Below are positions 37,483 through 47,814 of a DNA stretch of 56,470 nt, piece by piece (position 1 is the first letter of the stretch; every line of letters begins with the position of its first letter). The DNA comes from Kiritimatiellia bacterium. GTDB taxonomy: Bacteria > Verrucomicrobiota > Kiritimatiellia > SLAD01. The notes under the pieces were generated by a model. It saw nothing but the letters and a program-made list of their open reading frames with translations, did no database searches and was not told the origin of the DNA. The position numbers and the translations under genes are program-made. The stretch lies in contig SLGY01000191.1 in the NCBI GenBank assembly GCA_007136425.1, positions 1 through 56,470 of the forward strand. The letters run 5' to 3'.

Positions 37483-37968
37483 ATGAAACGCCTATGGGCT
37501 CCTTGGCGTATGGACTATATCCTGGCCAACCGAAAGCCCGGCTGTTTTCTTTGCGACATGCTGCAGGAAGAGCGCGATCGGGATAATCTCATCCTGCAAC
37601 GCGTTGAGCATGCGTTCGTGGTAATGAACAAATATCCCTACAACAACGGGCACCTCATGATTGCTCCCTACCGGCACGTTTCCCTCATGGAAGATCTGAC
37701 CGATGACGAAGCGCTTGCTCTGATGCAGACGACACAGCACACCTTGCGGATTTTGAAATCCGTTATTCGCCCGGACGGATTCAATGTCGGCATCAATCTC
37801 GGCAAGGCCGCGGGCGCCGGCTTGGAGGAACATCTCCATATCCATGTCGTGCCTCGCTGGAACGGCGACACGAACTTCATGCCGGTACTCTCGGACACCA
37901 AGGTTATGCCCGAGGCGTTGTTCGCATTATATGATCGCCTGCTTCCGGCATTTCAGAAAGTGTCGTGA
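37483..37968 (+). CDS. HIT-family nucleotide hydrolase/transferase
   Basis: Histidine triad EEHLHIHVVPRW and an AGGAG RBS 8 nt upstream of the ATG at 37483. Confidence 0.85.
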   Translation: MKRLWAPWRMDYILANRKPGCFLCDMLQEERDRDNLILQRVEHAFVVMNKYPYNNGHLMIAPYRHVSLMEDLTDDEALALMQTTQHTLRILKSVIRPDGFNVGINLGKAAGAGLEEHLHIHVVPRWNGDTNFMPVLSDTKVMPEALFALYDRLLPAFQKVS

Positions 37969-38816
37969 AACCCGCCCGCATACTGATCGCGGGCAGCGGT
38001 TACATCGGCGCGGCTCTCGCCGCGTTATTGCGAAATCGCGGTCACACGGTTTGGACCTTGCGCCGGACACCCGCCCCCCATGATCCGTGGGCCCTGCGCG
38101 GCGACCTGACCCGGCCTGATAGTCTGTCCCTACCTGACAGGCTCACACACGTTCTCTTTTGCGCCGGCCTCCAACGTGCCGCGCCGGAGGACTACGAGGC
38201 TTTGTTCGTCCGGGGCTTGCAAGGATTATTGGAACGGCTCACCGGAGACGGCCACGACCTTCGACGCTTCCTTTTCACATCCACCACCGGCCTCTACGAC
38301 GTCACCGACGGTCGCTGGGTGGATGAGGACACGGCGGCGCATCCCAAACGGGAAACAGCGAAATATTATCAGCAAGCCGAACTGCAGACGCAATCGGCTC
38401 CGTTCCCTTCCGTCATCGCGCGCCTTTCCGGGCTATACGGACCGGGCCGCACCCGCTTGCTGCGCTCCGTCGCCGAGGGCACGGCCCTCCGGGTCCCGGG
38501 CGCCATCCGGTACGTGAACCACATCCATCGGGACGACGCCGCGGCCGCCCTGGCCCATCTGGCGTTGCTGCCGACCGCACAACCGTTATACCTCGTAACC
38601 GACAACGAACCCGCCGACCGGAACGAGTTGCTGTGCTGGGTTGCCGACCGGCTGGGCCGACCGCATCCCCCTTTCGCCGACGAGACGTCCATGCCGTTAC
38701 CGCGCGGAGGAAACAAACGCTGCAGCAACCGTCGCCTGCGCGCCTCCGGATTCGCCTGCCGATATGCCACCTACCGCGAAGGCTACGCTGCCCTGAAGTT
38801 AGGGACACAGAAATAG
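37965..38816 (+). CDS. NAD(P)-binding SDR/epimerase-family protein
   Basis: Rossmann motif ILIAGSGYIGAAL and a GTGA start/stop overlap with the HIT gene. The last 7 codons plus the stop lie inside repeat copy 1. Confidence 0.7.
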   Translation: MKPARILIAGSGYIGAALAALLRNRGHTVWTLRRTPAPHDPWALRGDLTRPDSLSLPDRLTHVLFCAGLQRAAPEDYEALFVRGLQGLLERLTGDGHDLRRFLFTSTTGLYDVTDGRWVDEDTAAHPKRETAKYYQQAELQTQSAPFPSVIARLSGLYGPGRTRLLRSVAEGTALRVPGAIRYVNHIHRDDAAAALAHLALLPTAQPLYLVTDNEPADRNELLCWVADRLGRPHPPFADETSMPLPRGGNKRCSNRRLRASGFACRYATYREGYAALKLGTQK

Positions 38817-38925
38817 AGAGAAGAAGTTAGGGACACAGAAATAAAGTAGGAATAACGGTTCATGAAGTTAGGGACACATGAAGTTAGGGACACAGGAATA
38901 ACGGTTCAGACATAGCGGTTATTGC
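38795..38925. repeat. cluster of short direct repeats: 4x GAAGTTAGGGACACA and 2x AGGAATAACGGTTCA plus a partial inverted copy
   Basis: The 15-mer occurs at 38795, 38823, 38864 and 38880. The second motif occurs at 38848 and 38894. A GGTTATT inverted partner lies at about 38916. An AT-richer segment follows up to 39076. Confidence 0.85.
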
Positions 38926-39076
38926 GCAACGGAACTCGACTTTTTTCGTCGTGCAATATGCTCTTTATTAAAGGGTTACAGCGACAACCATCCGCGATTG
39001 AAAATAGATCCGGAAATATGGGCGGTTCGTTTCTTTTATGGTCATAGGGCATGAGGCTCGAGGAAGGAGTGAACCG

Positions 39077-39982
39077 ATGCGGCAGGCACGAATCAAGACC
39101 GACGAGCAACCCACATGGTACCACTGCTACAACAGGATCGCCGGTACCAGACTCGACCTCCCCTTTGGCGATGCCGAGAAAGAGCAATTCGTTCGAATTC
39201 TTCGGCGGGTTTGCCTTCTTTACTCCGTACGGGTCGTCTCCTATCAAGTCATGTCCAATCATTTCCATATTCTAGCCTATGCCCCTGCCAAGGAACCCGA
39301 TGCGGAGGAGATGTGCCGGAGATATAGCGCCTTTCATCGTGGCAATCGAACCTTGGAGCCGAACACCGCCGCGTGCCGGATATGGCAGGCCCGAAGCCGG
39401 GATATCAGTTGGTTCATGCGGCATTTGCAGCAGCTCTTCACTGGCTGGTACAATCGAACCCGTCCCGTCCGAAGGCGCGGCTCGTTGTGGGCGGACCGGT
39501 TCAAACATACCCTTCTGGAGAGCGGTAAGGCGGTCTGGGCGTGTTGGACCTACATTGAAAACAATCCGGTTCGAGCCGGCATGGTGCAGAATGTCGGCAC
39601 CTATCGCTTCTGCTCTCACGGGGTCTGGCTACAATCCGGACGGCATCCCTTTGCCCGGAACATAAAAGAGGTTGCGCTTCCGATGCTGCGGGACTGCTTC
39701 GGCATCAAGGGGATAACGGATATCCGGAATCGCATGGACGAGGCCCTGGCCTACAAAGCGGGGCAAGAGGTGGCAGAAACAGACGCGACGCTGCAAATGC
39801 AGCGGCGCGTGCGGTATTGGACACAGGGGCTCGTGATCGGTTCGAAGTTATACATGGTTGCCGTTATGAGCCGATATAGACCAGCGCGGTCGTTAAACCG
39901 ACACCGACCGGCCCGGCTCGAAGGTCCCGGCGGCTCAGAGCTATTCGCTTGGCGACGCCTGCGCGTGACCGCCGACGGCTGA
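39077..39982 (+). CDS. HUH/Y1 transposase-like protein (IS200/RAYT-like, REP-associated tyrosine transposase family)
   Basis: WYHCYNRI, the HUH motif SNHFHIL, and the Tyr motif WTYIENNPVRAGMV. AAGGAG RBS lies upstream of the ATG at 39077. No flanking IS ends are recognisable. Confidence 0.65.
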   Translation: MRQARIKTDEQPTWYHCYNRIAGTRLDLPFGDAEKEQFVRILRRVCLLYSVRVVSYQVMSNHFHILAYAPAKEPDAEEMCRRYSAFHRGNRTLEPNTAACRIWQARSRDISWFMRHLQQLFTGWYNRTRPVRRRGSLWADRFKHTLLESGKAVWACWTYIENNPVRAGMVQNVGTYRFCSHGVWLQSGRHPFARNIKEVALPMLRDCFGIKGITDIRNRMDEALAYKAGQEVAETDATLQMQRRVRYWTQGLVIGSKLYMVAVMSRYRPARSLNRHRPARLEGPGGSELFAWRRLRVTADG

Positions 39983-39999
39983 CCCTGTGGACACGCTAC

Positions 40000-40788
40000 C
40001 TACAAATCCTCGAATCGGTCGACCCAGTCAACGTTATCGAAGAAGGCGGCCGCGTTGAAGAGGTGCTCCGGGATCGGCTCGTTCACCGTGACATTACTGA
40101 TCCGCGTCGTCTCGCGGTTCTCCAGGCCGCCCACTTGGAAACGGCCTTGATGCAATAGCGGGATCCAGACGTCTTCCAATACTTCCTCAAATGCGCTGAA
40201 ATCAATTTCGCCCGTCATTTCGGTTCTTTCCGAATCCGTATAGAATTCCAGGCGTCCCAGGCGATACGCCTCGTCGGCATGCAACACAACATAGACATTC
40301 TCAGCATCGTACCCGCGCTGCAGGGGATAATCACTGTCCCTGTCCCCATCATCACTGTCCCCGTCCACGGGAGGATAATCACTGTCCCCGTCCAGCACTT
40401 GTTCGGGCGTGCCCTGCAAACGATATAAATGATCCATGGCCGTCCCGGGCACTTTGCGTAATCCGTGCAGCATACGGTCGTCCAGCTCGGCGATAGCACG
40501 GCGAAAGCCGCGCGGCTCACCATCGCTGTGCTGATACATCGTTTCGCCGTCGGCGATGATCCGGCGCGGCAGGGGCGCGTGGTTCTCCACATGCAAACGG
40601 TCCGGTTGCTGATAATACACGCGGCTCAACCAACGGAGCCGTCCGTCTTCGTTCGAGACGTCGCGACGCACATCGCACGTTATCGTCTCCACCCGTTCGT
40701 ACCGGGCAATCAACCGTTCGGCCAATGTGTCTGCGGACGCCACACTCGCCGTTAACATGAAGAACCAAACCCACCAGAATCGTTTCAT
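40000..40788 (-). CDS. LolA-like (outer-membrane lipoprotein carrier/sorting fold) secreted protein with an acidic repeat insert
   Basis: Signal peptide FWWVWFFMLTASVASA. The N-terminal pattern (RYERVETITCDVRR...) resembles the LolA-like family. It contains an internal DGDSDYP/DGDSDDG/DRDSDYP insert. Confidence 0.4.
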   Translation of the reverse strand: MKRFWWVWFFMLTASVASADTLAERLIARYERVETITCDVRRDVSNEDGRLRWLSRVYYQQPDRLHVENHAPLPRRIIADGETMYQHSDGEPRGFRRAIAELDDRMLHGLRKVPGTAMDHLYRLQGTPEQVLDGDSDYPPVDGDSDDGDRDSDYPLQRGYDAENVYVVLHADEAYRLGRLEFYTDSERTEMTGEIDFSAFEEVLEDVWIPLLHQGRFQVGGLENRETTRISNVTVNEPIPEHLFNAAAFFDNVDWVDRFEDL

Positions 40789-40987
40789 TGCATCGCCTCT
40801 TTGTACATCGCTCCATGCCCTCGCCGCGCTGTAACGTCGCGTCCACCCGCGGTTCCCTGCGTACCCGCAGATGCGTCCGGAGTCCGAACCTCGCGCAAAA
40901 AAAGAATTGCAAGGATGTAAGCCTTAATGCAAGTCTTGAGTGTCGGGGTTACCCGCGCACACTTTTTACCACAGGAGATGCGTCATT

Positions 40988-41638
40988 ATGGCGGAAGAAC
41001 TCGAGCACCTTATCGAGAAACTGCAATCGGAAGCAATTAGCAAAGCGGAAAGTCAAGCCGCAGACATTGTCGCCAAGGCCAAGCAAAAGGCGGCCGCCGA
41101 AGTCAAGGAGGCCGAATCGAAAGCGCAGGAGATTCTGGCACAGGCGGAACGGGACGCCGAACAGTATACGGAACGCAGCATTCGCACCCTCGAACAGGTA
41201 TCGCGCGATCTGCTCATTTCCGTGGGCCAGGGCGTGGAAAACATACTGGACGATCTGGTCGGCGAATCCCTCGACGAGGCGATGAGCATCGACATCGTAA
41301 AGGATATGCTCGTCCGCATGGCGGAGACGTATATCACCCGGAACGACAAGGAACGGCGCGTCGGATTGCTGGTCAGTCCGGAAGATCAGGAAGCCCTCGT
41401 CAAATTCTATGCCGAACGGTATCGCAAGAAACTGGGCGACTCGATCGAGATTCGACCGGACCGATCCATCAGCAAAGGGTTCCGCGTCTCCTTCAAGGAT
41501 GAACACGCGCACCACGATTTCACCAAGGAAGCGATCGCCGAGGCGTTATCCCGTTTCCTGCGCCCGCATCTGGCGGAAATCATCCTCAAGGTTGCGCAAG
41601 AGGACTGGGACAAGCGCAAGGACAAGACCACGAACTGA
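40988..41638 (+). CDS. atpE: V-type ATPase subunit E
   Basis: Lys/Ala/Glu-rich coiled-coil N-terminus (KAKQKAAAEVKEAESKAQEILAQAE). It is the first gene of the V-ATPase operon, with an AGGAGA RBS. Confidence 0.75.
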   Translation: MAEELEHLIEKLQSEAISKAESQAADIVAKAKQKAAAEVKEAESKAQEILAQAERDAEQYTERSIRTLEQVSRDLLISVGQGVENILDDLVGESLDEAMSIDIVKDMLVRMAETYITRNDKERRVGLLVSPEDQEALVKFYAERYRKKLGDSIEIRPDRSISKGFRVSFKDEHAHHDFTKEAIAEALSRFLRPHLAEIILKVAQEDWDKRKDKTTN

Positions 41639-42195
41639 TGAAATACTTTTATCTTGTTGCCAGTTTGCCGCCGGTCGCGCTCGGCGAAGCCCCGCCTTGG
41701 ACGCCCGACCGGTTTCTATTTCATTGTCAGGGCGCATTGGCTTCGGAAGACTGGCGCGAACTCGCGTTGATTGTTGAAGACCGCGCCGGCGAGGGCGCAT
41801 CGGATTTTGCCGCATGGTGGCATGCCCTCGACACGCAAATACGTAATATCCAGGTCCGTTTCCGGGCCGCACGCCTGTATTTGGAGGCCCGTCCCTTTCT
41901 GCGCATGCACGACGGCTACGACGTCTCGGCGGGCCAAGCCGCCACGGACGCCATGAACCGCACCCAACCGCTGGAACGCGAACTGGCACTGGATCGCTGC
42001 CGCTGGAATGCCCTGGATGAACGCATTCTCGGCGCCCCATTCGACCTGGACATCGTGTTGGCGTACGCCATTCGCCTCCGCCTGATGGAGCGTTGGGACC
42101 GGCTTTCCGACGAGAAAGGACTGCAACGCGTTGAATCTTTCATAGACGACCATGTAAATGACTCCCTTGAACCTGAACGACTTGGTGACGCATGA
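41638..42195 (+). CDS. DUF2764-like protein occupying the subunit C/d slot of the V-ATPase operon
   Basis: It sits between E and A, as in Bacteroidota/Chlamydiota-type operons, with start/stop overlaps on both sides (TGATG, ATGA). No motif-level identification was possible. Confidence 0.45.
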   Translation: MKYFYLVASLPPVALGEAPPWTPDRFLFHCQGALASEDWRELALIVEDRAGEGASDFAAWWHALDTQIRNIQVRFRAARLYLEARPFLRMHDGYDVSAGQAATDAMNRTQPLERELALDRCRWNALDERILGAPFDLDIVLAYAIRLRLMERWDRLSDEKGLQRVESFIDDHVNDSLEPERLGDA

Positions 42196-43925
42196 GCAAA
42201 AATACGGGCAAAATAATCGGCATTAACGGGAACCTGATCAGCGTGGCTTTTGATCAACCCGTCGTGCAAAACGAAGTCGGCTTCGCCGTGGTCGGCGACA
42301 CGCGCCTCAAAGCCGAAATCATACGCATTCGCGGCACGTCCGCAGAAATGCAGGTCTTCGAAGATACCACCGGCTTGAGCGTGGATGACGCAGTTGAGTT
42401 CTCCGGCGAGATGCTATCGGTGCATCTCGGCCCGGGCCTGTTGGGCCAGATTTACGACGGGCTCCAGAATCCCCTGCCCGCTTTGGCGGAACAATGCGGC
42501 TTCTTTCTTCAACGCGGCACCTATCTCGCCCCCCTCGACAACAAGAGTCGGTGGACTTTCACGCCCACCGTCAAGAAAGGTGATCGCGTACGAGCCGGCG
42601 ACGCCGTCGGCACGGTACCTGAAGGCATCTTCACGCACCGGATCATGGTGCCCTTCCGTATGCGCGGCGAATACACGGTGGAAACCGTTGCGAAAGAAGA
42701 CGACTACGCGCTGGACCATGCCGTCGCCACGCTCAAAGACGAACGCGGCGATACGCATGACGTAACCATGGTGCAAACCTGGCCCGTCAAGGTCCCGATT
42801 CGCGAGTACGACGAACGCTTGCGCCCGACCGAACCGCTGGTCACGAAGATCCGTATCGTTGACACCCTGTTCCCCATCGCCCGCGGGGGTACGTACTGTA
42901 TCCCCGGCCCGTTCGGCGCGGGCAAGACCGTCTTGCAACAGATCACCAGCCGCCATGCCGAAGTCGATATCGTCATTATTGCCGCGTGCGGCGAGCGAGC
43001 GGGGGAAGTCGTCGAAACGCTGCGCGAATTCCCCGAACTGACCGATCCGCGCACGGGCAAGAGCCTGATGGAACGCACGCTAATCATCTGCAACACCAGT
43101 TCCATGCCTGTTGCTGCGCGCGAAGCTTCGGTATATACGGCGGTCACCATCGCCGAATATTATCGGCAGATGGGCCTCAACGTGCTGCTACTCGCCGACT
43201 CCACCTCGCGCTGGGCCCAGGCCCTGCGCGAAGTCTCCGGCCGCTTGGAGGAAATCCCCGGCGAAGAAGCGTTTCCCGCCTATCTCGAATCGGTCATCGC
43301 GTCCTTTTATGAACGGGGCGGCGTAGTCCGCCTGCGCGACGGCTCCGTGGGCTCCGTCACCATTGGCGGGACGGTCAGTCCTGCGGGCGGCAATTTCGAG
43401 GAACCGGTTACACAAAGCACCCTCAAGGTGGTCGGCGCCTTTCACGGCCTGTCCCGGGAGCGCTCCGATGCGCGCCGCTATCCGGCCATCGCCCCGCTCG
43501 ACAGTTGGAGCAAGTATCCGAGTGTGGTCGACGACGAACAGGTCGAACGGGCGCGGCGCTCGTTGCGCGAAGGAAACGAGATCAATCAGATGATGAAGGT
43601 CGTCGGCGAAGAGGGCACGTCGATCGCCGACTTCATCGTCTATCTCAAGTCCGAATATCTCGACAGCGTTTACCTTCAGCAGGACGCCTTCAATGAAGTC
43701 GACGCCGCCACCGGCGCCGAACGCCAACAATATGTATTCGGACGCATTGTCAAAATCATCGATACCCCGGTTCAATTCGAAGACAAGGACAGCGCGCGTC
43801 GCTTCTTCCAGTCCCTGACCCAAATCACGCGCGACTGGAACCAGGCCCGCATGGACGCGGACGAATTCAAGGAAATTGAAGAGCGCATCGACAAGATGAT
43901 TACGGAGGTCACGGACTATGCATAA
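42192..43925 (+). CDS. atpA: V-type ATPase catalytic subunit A
   Basis: Walker [26 protein letters not shown], and 577 aa. Confidence 0.95.
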   Translation: MSKNTGKIIGINGNLISVAFDQPVVQNEVGFAVVGDTRLKAEIIRIRGTSAEMQVFEDTTGLSVDDAVEFSGEMLSVHLGPGLLGQIYDGLQNPLPALAEQCGFFLQRGTYLAPLDNKSRWTFTPTVKKGDRVRAGDAVGTVPEGIFTHRIMVPFRMRGEYTVETVAKEDDYALDHAVATLKDERGDTHDVTMVQTWPVKVPIREYDERLRPTEPLVTKIRIVDTLFPIARGGTYCIPGPFGAGKTVLQQITSRHAEVDIVIIAACGERAGEVVETLREFPELTDPRTGKSLMERTLIICNTSSMPVAAREASVYTAVTIAEYYRQMGLNVLLLADSTSRWAQALREVSGRLEEIPGEEAFPAYLESVIASFYERGGVVRLRDGSVGSVTIGGTVSPAGGNFEEPVTQSTLKVVGAFHGLSRERSDARRYPAIAPLDSWSKYPSVVDDEQVERARRSLREGNEINQMMKVVGEEGTSIADFIVYLKSEYLDSVYLQQDAFNEVDAATGAERQQYVFGRIVKIIDTPVQFEDKDSARRFFQSLTQITRDWNQARMDADEFKEIEERIDKMITEVTDYA

Positions 43926-45261
43926 GGTATACACGAAACTCGACCGCATTGCGGGCAACGTGATCAGCCTCGAAGCCGACGAGGTGACCTACCGCGAGCT
44001 CGCCATGGTGCGCTCCGACCTGGGCGACTCCCTCGCACAGGTAATCCGGATCGAAGGCCGTCGGGTCTTTCTCCAGGTCTTCGCGGGCGGACGTGGAATC
44101 TCCACCGCCGCCGAGGTCCGGTTTCTCGGGCGGGTCATGCAAGTCCCCTTCTCGGACGCCCTGCTCGGACGTATTTTCACCGGCAACGGCGAACCGCGCG
44201 ACCGGGGACCGGCGATCACCCAGAACATGATCCCCATCGGCGGGCCGTCCGTGAATCCGGCCAAACGAATTATCCCGCGGAACATGGTCCGAACCGGCAT
44301 TCCCATGATCGACGTCTTCAACTCGCTGGTCGAATCGCAGAAACTCCCGATCTTCTCCGTCGCCGGCGAACCGTACAATCCCCTGCTCGCCCGCATCGCC
44401 CTGCAGGCCGAAGTCGATGTCATCATCCTCGGCGGGATGGGACTGAAACACGACGATTATCTGGTATTCCGCGATACCCTCGAAGAGCACGGCGCCCTGT
44501 CGCGCACCGTCATGTTCGTCCATACCGCTGCCGATCCCACGGTGGAATGTCTGCTCGTACCCGATGTGTCACTGGCTGTCGCCGAAAAATTCGCCCTTGA
44601 GGGTAAGCGGGTCCTGGTCCTGCTCACGGACATGACTAACTTTTCCGACGCGCTCAAAGAAATCGCCATCACCATGGAACAAATCCCCGCCACGCGCGGC
44701 TATCCCGGCGACCTCTACAGTCAATTGGCCGCGCGCTACGAAAAGGCCGTCGACTTCGAAGGCGCCGGCTCCATCACTGCGCTCGCCGTCACCACCATGC
44801 CGGGCGACGATGTGACTCATCCCGTACCCGACAACACCGGGTATATCACCGAGGGCCAGTTCTATCTGCGAAACGGACGGATCGAGCCGTTCGGCTCCCT
44901 GAGCCGCTTGAAACAACTCGTCAACAACAAGACCCGTGAAGATCATCGCTCGATCATGTCCGTCATGATCCAACTCTTCGCCGCCTATCGCGAAACGCTG
45001 GAAAAACAATCGATGGGCTTCCGCATGAGTCCCTGGGACGTCAAACTGTTGAAATACGGCGAACGTTTTGAAAACGAAATGATGGATTTGAGTGTGAATA
45101 TCCCCCTCGAAAAGGCGCTCGACCTGGGCTGGACCATCCTAGCCGACTGTTTTGAGCCCGAGGAAACGGGCGCCCCGAGCCGTCTGATCGAAAAGTTCTG
45201 GCCGAAGGAGATTGTGAAGAAGGAAGAGGAGAAAGAAGACCAGGAAACGGCAACGAAATAG
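43918..45261 (+). CDS. atpB: V-type ATPase subunit B
   Basis: [33 protein letters not shown], and ITEGQFYL. Confidence 0.93.
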   Translation: MHKVYTKLDRIAGNVISLEADEVTYRELAMVRSDLGDSLAQVIRIEGRRVFLQVFAGGRGISTAAEVRFLGRVMQVPFSDALLGRIFTGNGEPRDRGPAITQNMIPIGGPSVNPAKRIIPRNMVRTGIPMIDVFNSLVESQKLPIFSVAGEPYNPLLARIALQAEVDVIILGGMGLKHDDYLVFRDTLEEHGALSRTVMFVHTAADPTVECLLVPDVSLAVAEKFALEGKRVLVLLTDMTNFSDALKEIAITMEQIPATRGYPGDLYSQLAARYEKAVDFEGAGSITALAVTTMPGDDVTHPVPDNTGYITEGQFYLRNGRIEPFGSLSRLKQLVNNKTREDHRSIMSVMIQLFAAYRETLEKQSMGFRMSPWDVKLLKYGERFENEMMDLSVNIPLEKALDLGWTILADCFEPEETGAPSRLIEKFWPKEIVKKEEEKEDQETATK

Positions 45262-45373
45262 ACCGTTGAGCTATCCCCCCCTCGCCCCGGCGCATTGAAG
45301 GGGATACTCACGTGCTTCCGCCCTCCGGGTACGGGTCCGGAGCAAGGCGCGGCGGCGGACGAGCGAACAAGAC

Positions 45374-45979
45374 ATGGCCAAGATCAAATACACCAAAACC
45401 GAATTGAAACAACAGCGCGACGCGTTGCGCCGTTTCGAACGGTATCTGCCGACATTGCAACTCAAGAAACAACAGTTGCAGATGGAAGTCCGGCATGTAG
45501 AACAGCAGATCGAGGCCAAGACACAAGAAGAAGAGCAAGCGCGCGAAAATCTCGCCCATTGGGTGAAGCTCTTCTCCGAACCAATCCCCTTCGAGCAGTA
45601 CCTGCGCGTAGCTGAGATAAAACGCTCCGTCAACAACATCGCCGGCGTCAACGTCCCCGTCCTGGACGACGTGCGATTCGATCGGACCCAGCCCGACCTG
45701 TTCCGTACGCCGCCCTGGCTGGATGACGGACTCGACATGCTCGAAAAACTGGCGCGGCTGCGTCTGGAACGACTCTTACTCGAAGAAGGGCATCGCCTGC
45801 TTGTGCAGGAATTACGCATCACCACGCAACGGGTCAATCTTTTCGAGAAGGTCAAGATCCCCGAGACGCGCGAGAACATACGGATCATACGCATCTTCAT
45901 CGGTGACCAGCAAACCGCCGAAGTGGCTCGGGCGAAGATGGCCAAGGACCGCGCCATGAAAGCCGAGGCCGAATCATGA
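45374..45979 (+). CDS. atpD: V-type ATPase subunit D
   Basis: MAKIKYTKTELKQQRDALRRFERYLPTLQLKKQQL is a typical subunit D N-terminus. Confidence 0.88.
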   Translation: MAKIKYTKTELKQQRDALRRFERYLPTLQLKKQQLQMEVRHVEQQIEAKTQEEEQARENLAHWVKLFSEPIPFEQYLRVAEIKRSVNNIAGVNVPVLDDVRFDRTQPDLFRTPPWLDDGLDMLEKLARLRLERLLLEEGHRLLVQELRITTQRVNLFEKVKIPETRENIRIIRIFIGDQQTAEVARAKMAKDRAMKAEAES

Positions 45980-47805
45980 TCGCGCGCATGAAAAAGCTGA
46001 CGATCCTCTGCATCCGCGAGCATCAGGAACCCACCCTGCACGCGCTCCAGCAAATGGGCGTCCTGCATCTGGAGCATATCCAGGAACCCGGCGGCACCCT
46101 GCTTGAAGAGGCGCGCACCCATTATGCGGACGTCCGCCGCGCCTGCGAACTCCTCCAGCATTACGATCAGGAACGGAGCAAACAGGGCCGGCCCGCCCCC
46201 GCGCCGGACCCGACCCGCACGGCGGAATCGGTCGTCGACGAGGTCTGGCGTTTGGTCAATCACCGAAAGGATTTCGAGGAGTCGCTCGACTATTGGCAAC
46301 GGGAAATCGCGCGCATCGCGCCGTTCGGCGACTTCGATCCCGACAAAGTTCGCGCACTCCAAGAGCGCGGCCTGTACGTGCGCCTCTACAAGGCGGGACC
46401 GAAACAGGCCATCGTCAAACCGGATACGCCCGACACGACCCTGACCGTACATCATCGCGACCGGAACAACACCTATCTGAGCGTCATATCGCGCAAACCT
46501 CTCGATCTGCCGTATGAACCCGTCAAACTTCCGGAAGTCGCCCTGCCGGAAATGAAGAAGAATGTGGAGGCGAAACAACGCTCACTGAAACAGAACAGCG
46601 AGGAGTTCATGGACTTGACCGGCTACCTGCCGCAAGTCCAGGAGATCGTCATGCATGCCGAAGACAAGATGCGCTTTCTGGAAGCGCGCACAGGCATGGG
46701 CTCCAACAAACCTCTCGCCTACCTGCGCGGCTACTGTCCGGAACGAGACATCGCCAAGATTCGCGATGCGGCGAAATACCTCGGCTGGGGCCTGCTGGTC
46801 GAGGACCCGAAACCCGACGATCGCGCACCGACGAAGATCGAAAATCCGCGCTGGGTCAAACCCATTCGCGTCATCTTCAACTTCATCGGCGTCGTACCGG
46901 GCTACAAGGAAGTCGATATCAGCGCCGTGTTTCTGCTCTTCTTCAGCCTGTTTTTCGCCATGATCGTGGGCGACGCCGGTTACGGAGCCATCTTCCTCGC
47001 CGCAACCCTCTGGGCGCAACGCAAATACACGCAGGCCAGCGCCTCCATTTTCCATCTGCTCTACATCACCAGCATCGCCACCATCGTCTGGGGCGTGCTG
47101 AGCGGAAACTATTTCGGGCTGGCCGCGCTGCCGCCCGTACTTGAAGCCGCGCAGCTCGACTGGGTGGCCGATCCCGAAAACATCATGCTGCTGTGCTTCC
47201 TCATCGGCGCCGTGCAACTGACCATTGCCCACACCTGGAATATCGTGCGCGACGTGTTCAGCCTGCAGGCGCTGGCGCAAGCGGGTTGGCTGTGCGTGGT
47301 ATGGACCATGTTCTTCCTCGCACGCCATCTTGTCCTTAACGCCCCCTTCCCGACGGTCATGATCCCCGTCTTTTCGGTCGGGGTCGTGCTGCTACTCTTG
47401 TTCATGACCCCGGTCCGGCAAATGAAGGAGGACTGGTTCAAACACGTCATGTTGCCCCTGAACCTTGTCAGCAACTTCGTCGATGTCGTCTCGTACGTGC
47501 GCCTCTTCGCCGTCGGCACCGCCACCTACGCCGTCGCCTCGGCGTTCAATCAGATGGCCCTTGAAATCGGCGCCGCCGGCTGGGCCGGACAACTCGCGGC
47601 CGTGGTTATTCTCTTTTTCGGTCATACCCTGAACATCCTGCTCGCCGCCATGGGCGTGCTCGTGCACGGGATACGCCTGAACACCCTTGAATTCGCCGGG
47701 CACCTGGGTTTGCAATGGACGGGAATCCGGTTTCTACCCTTTATGCAACAATCCGAACGCGTTCCCTTTATGGAAGACGAAAAGAAAGAATCAGAAACCG
47801 ACTAA
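45976..47805 (+). CDS. atpI: V-type ATPase subunit I (stator a-subunit)
   Basis: About 330 aa of soluble N-domain followed by a polytopic C-domain with the conserved Arg region (VSYVRLFAVG). Confidence 0.88.
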   Translation: MIARMKKLTILCIREHQEPTLHALQQMGVLHLEHIQEPGGTLLEEARTHYADVRRACELLQHYDQERSKQGRPAPAPDPTRTAESVVDEVWRLVNHRKDFEESLDYWQREIARIAPFGDFDPDKVRALQERGLYVRLYKAGPKQAIVKPDTPDTTLTVHHRDRNNTYLSVISRKPLDLPYEPVKLPEVALPEMKKNVEAKQRSLKQNSEEFMDLTGYLPQVQEIVMHAEDKMRFLEARTGMGSNKPLAYLRGYCPERDIAKIRDAAKYLGWGLLVEDPKPDDRAPTKIENPRWVKPIRVIFNFIGVVPGYKEVDISAVFLLFFSLFFAMIVGDAGYGAIFLAATLWAQRKYTQASASIFHLLYITSIATIVWGVLSGNYFGLAALPPVLEAAQLDWVADPENIMLLCFLIGAVQLTIAHTWNIVRDVFSLQALAQAGWLCVVWTMFFLARHLVLNAPFPTVMIPVFSVGVVLLLLFMTPVRQMKEDWFKHVMLPLNLVSNFVDVVSYVRLFAVGTATYAVASAFNQMALEIGAAGWAGQLAAVVILFFGHTLNILLAAMGVLVHGIRLNTLEFAGHLGLQWTGIRFLPFMQQSERVPFMEDEKKESETD

Positions 47806-47814
47806 GCAAGGAGA

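Noticed and set aside
38906-39268. 120-aa minus-strand ORF overlapping the start of the RAYT-like gene
   Set aside because: It has no motifs, overlaps the better-supported plus-strand HUH transposase gene and the AT-rich leader, and is likely spurious.
45271-46578. 435-aa minus-strand ORF spanning the atpD/atpI region
   Set aside because: It is antisense to two well-supported V-ATPase genes and is rich in low-complexity Arg/Ser, consistent with a shadow ORF.
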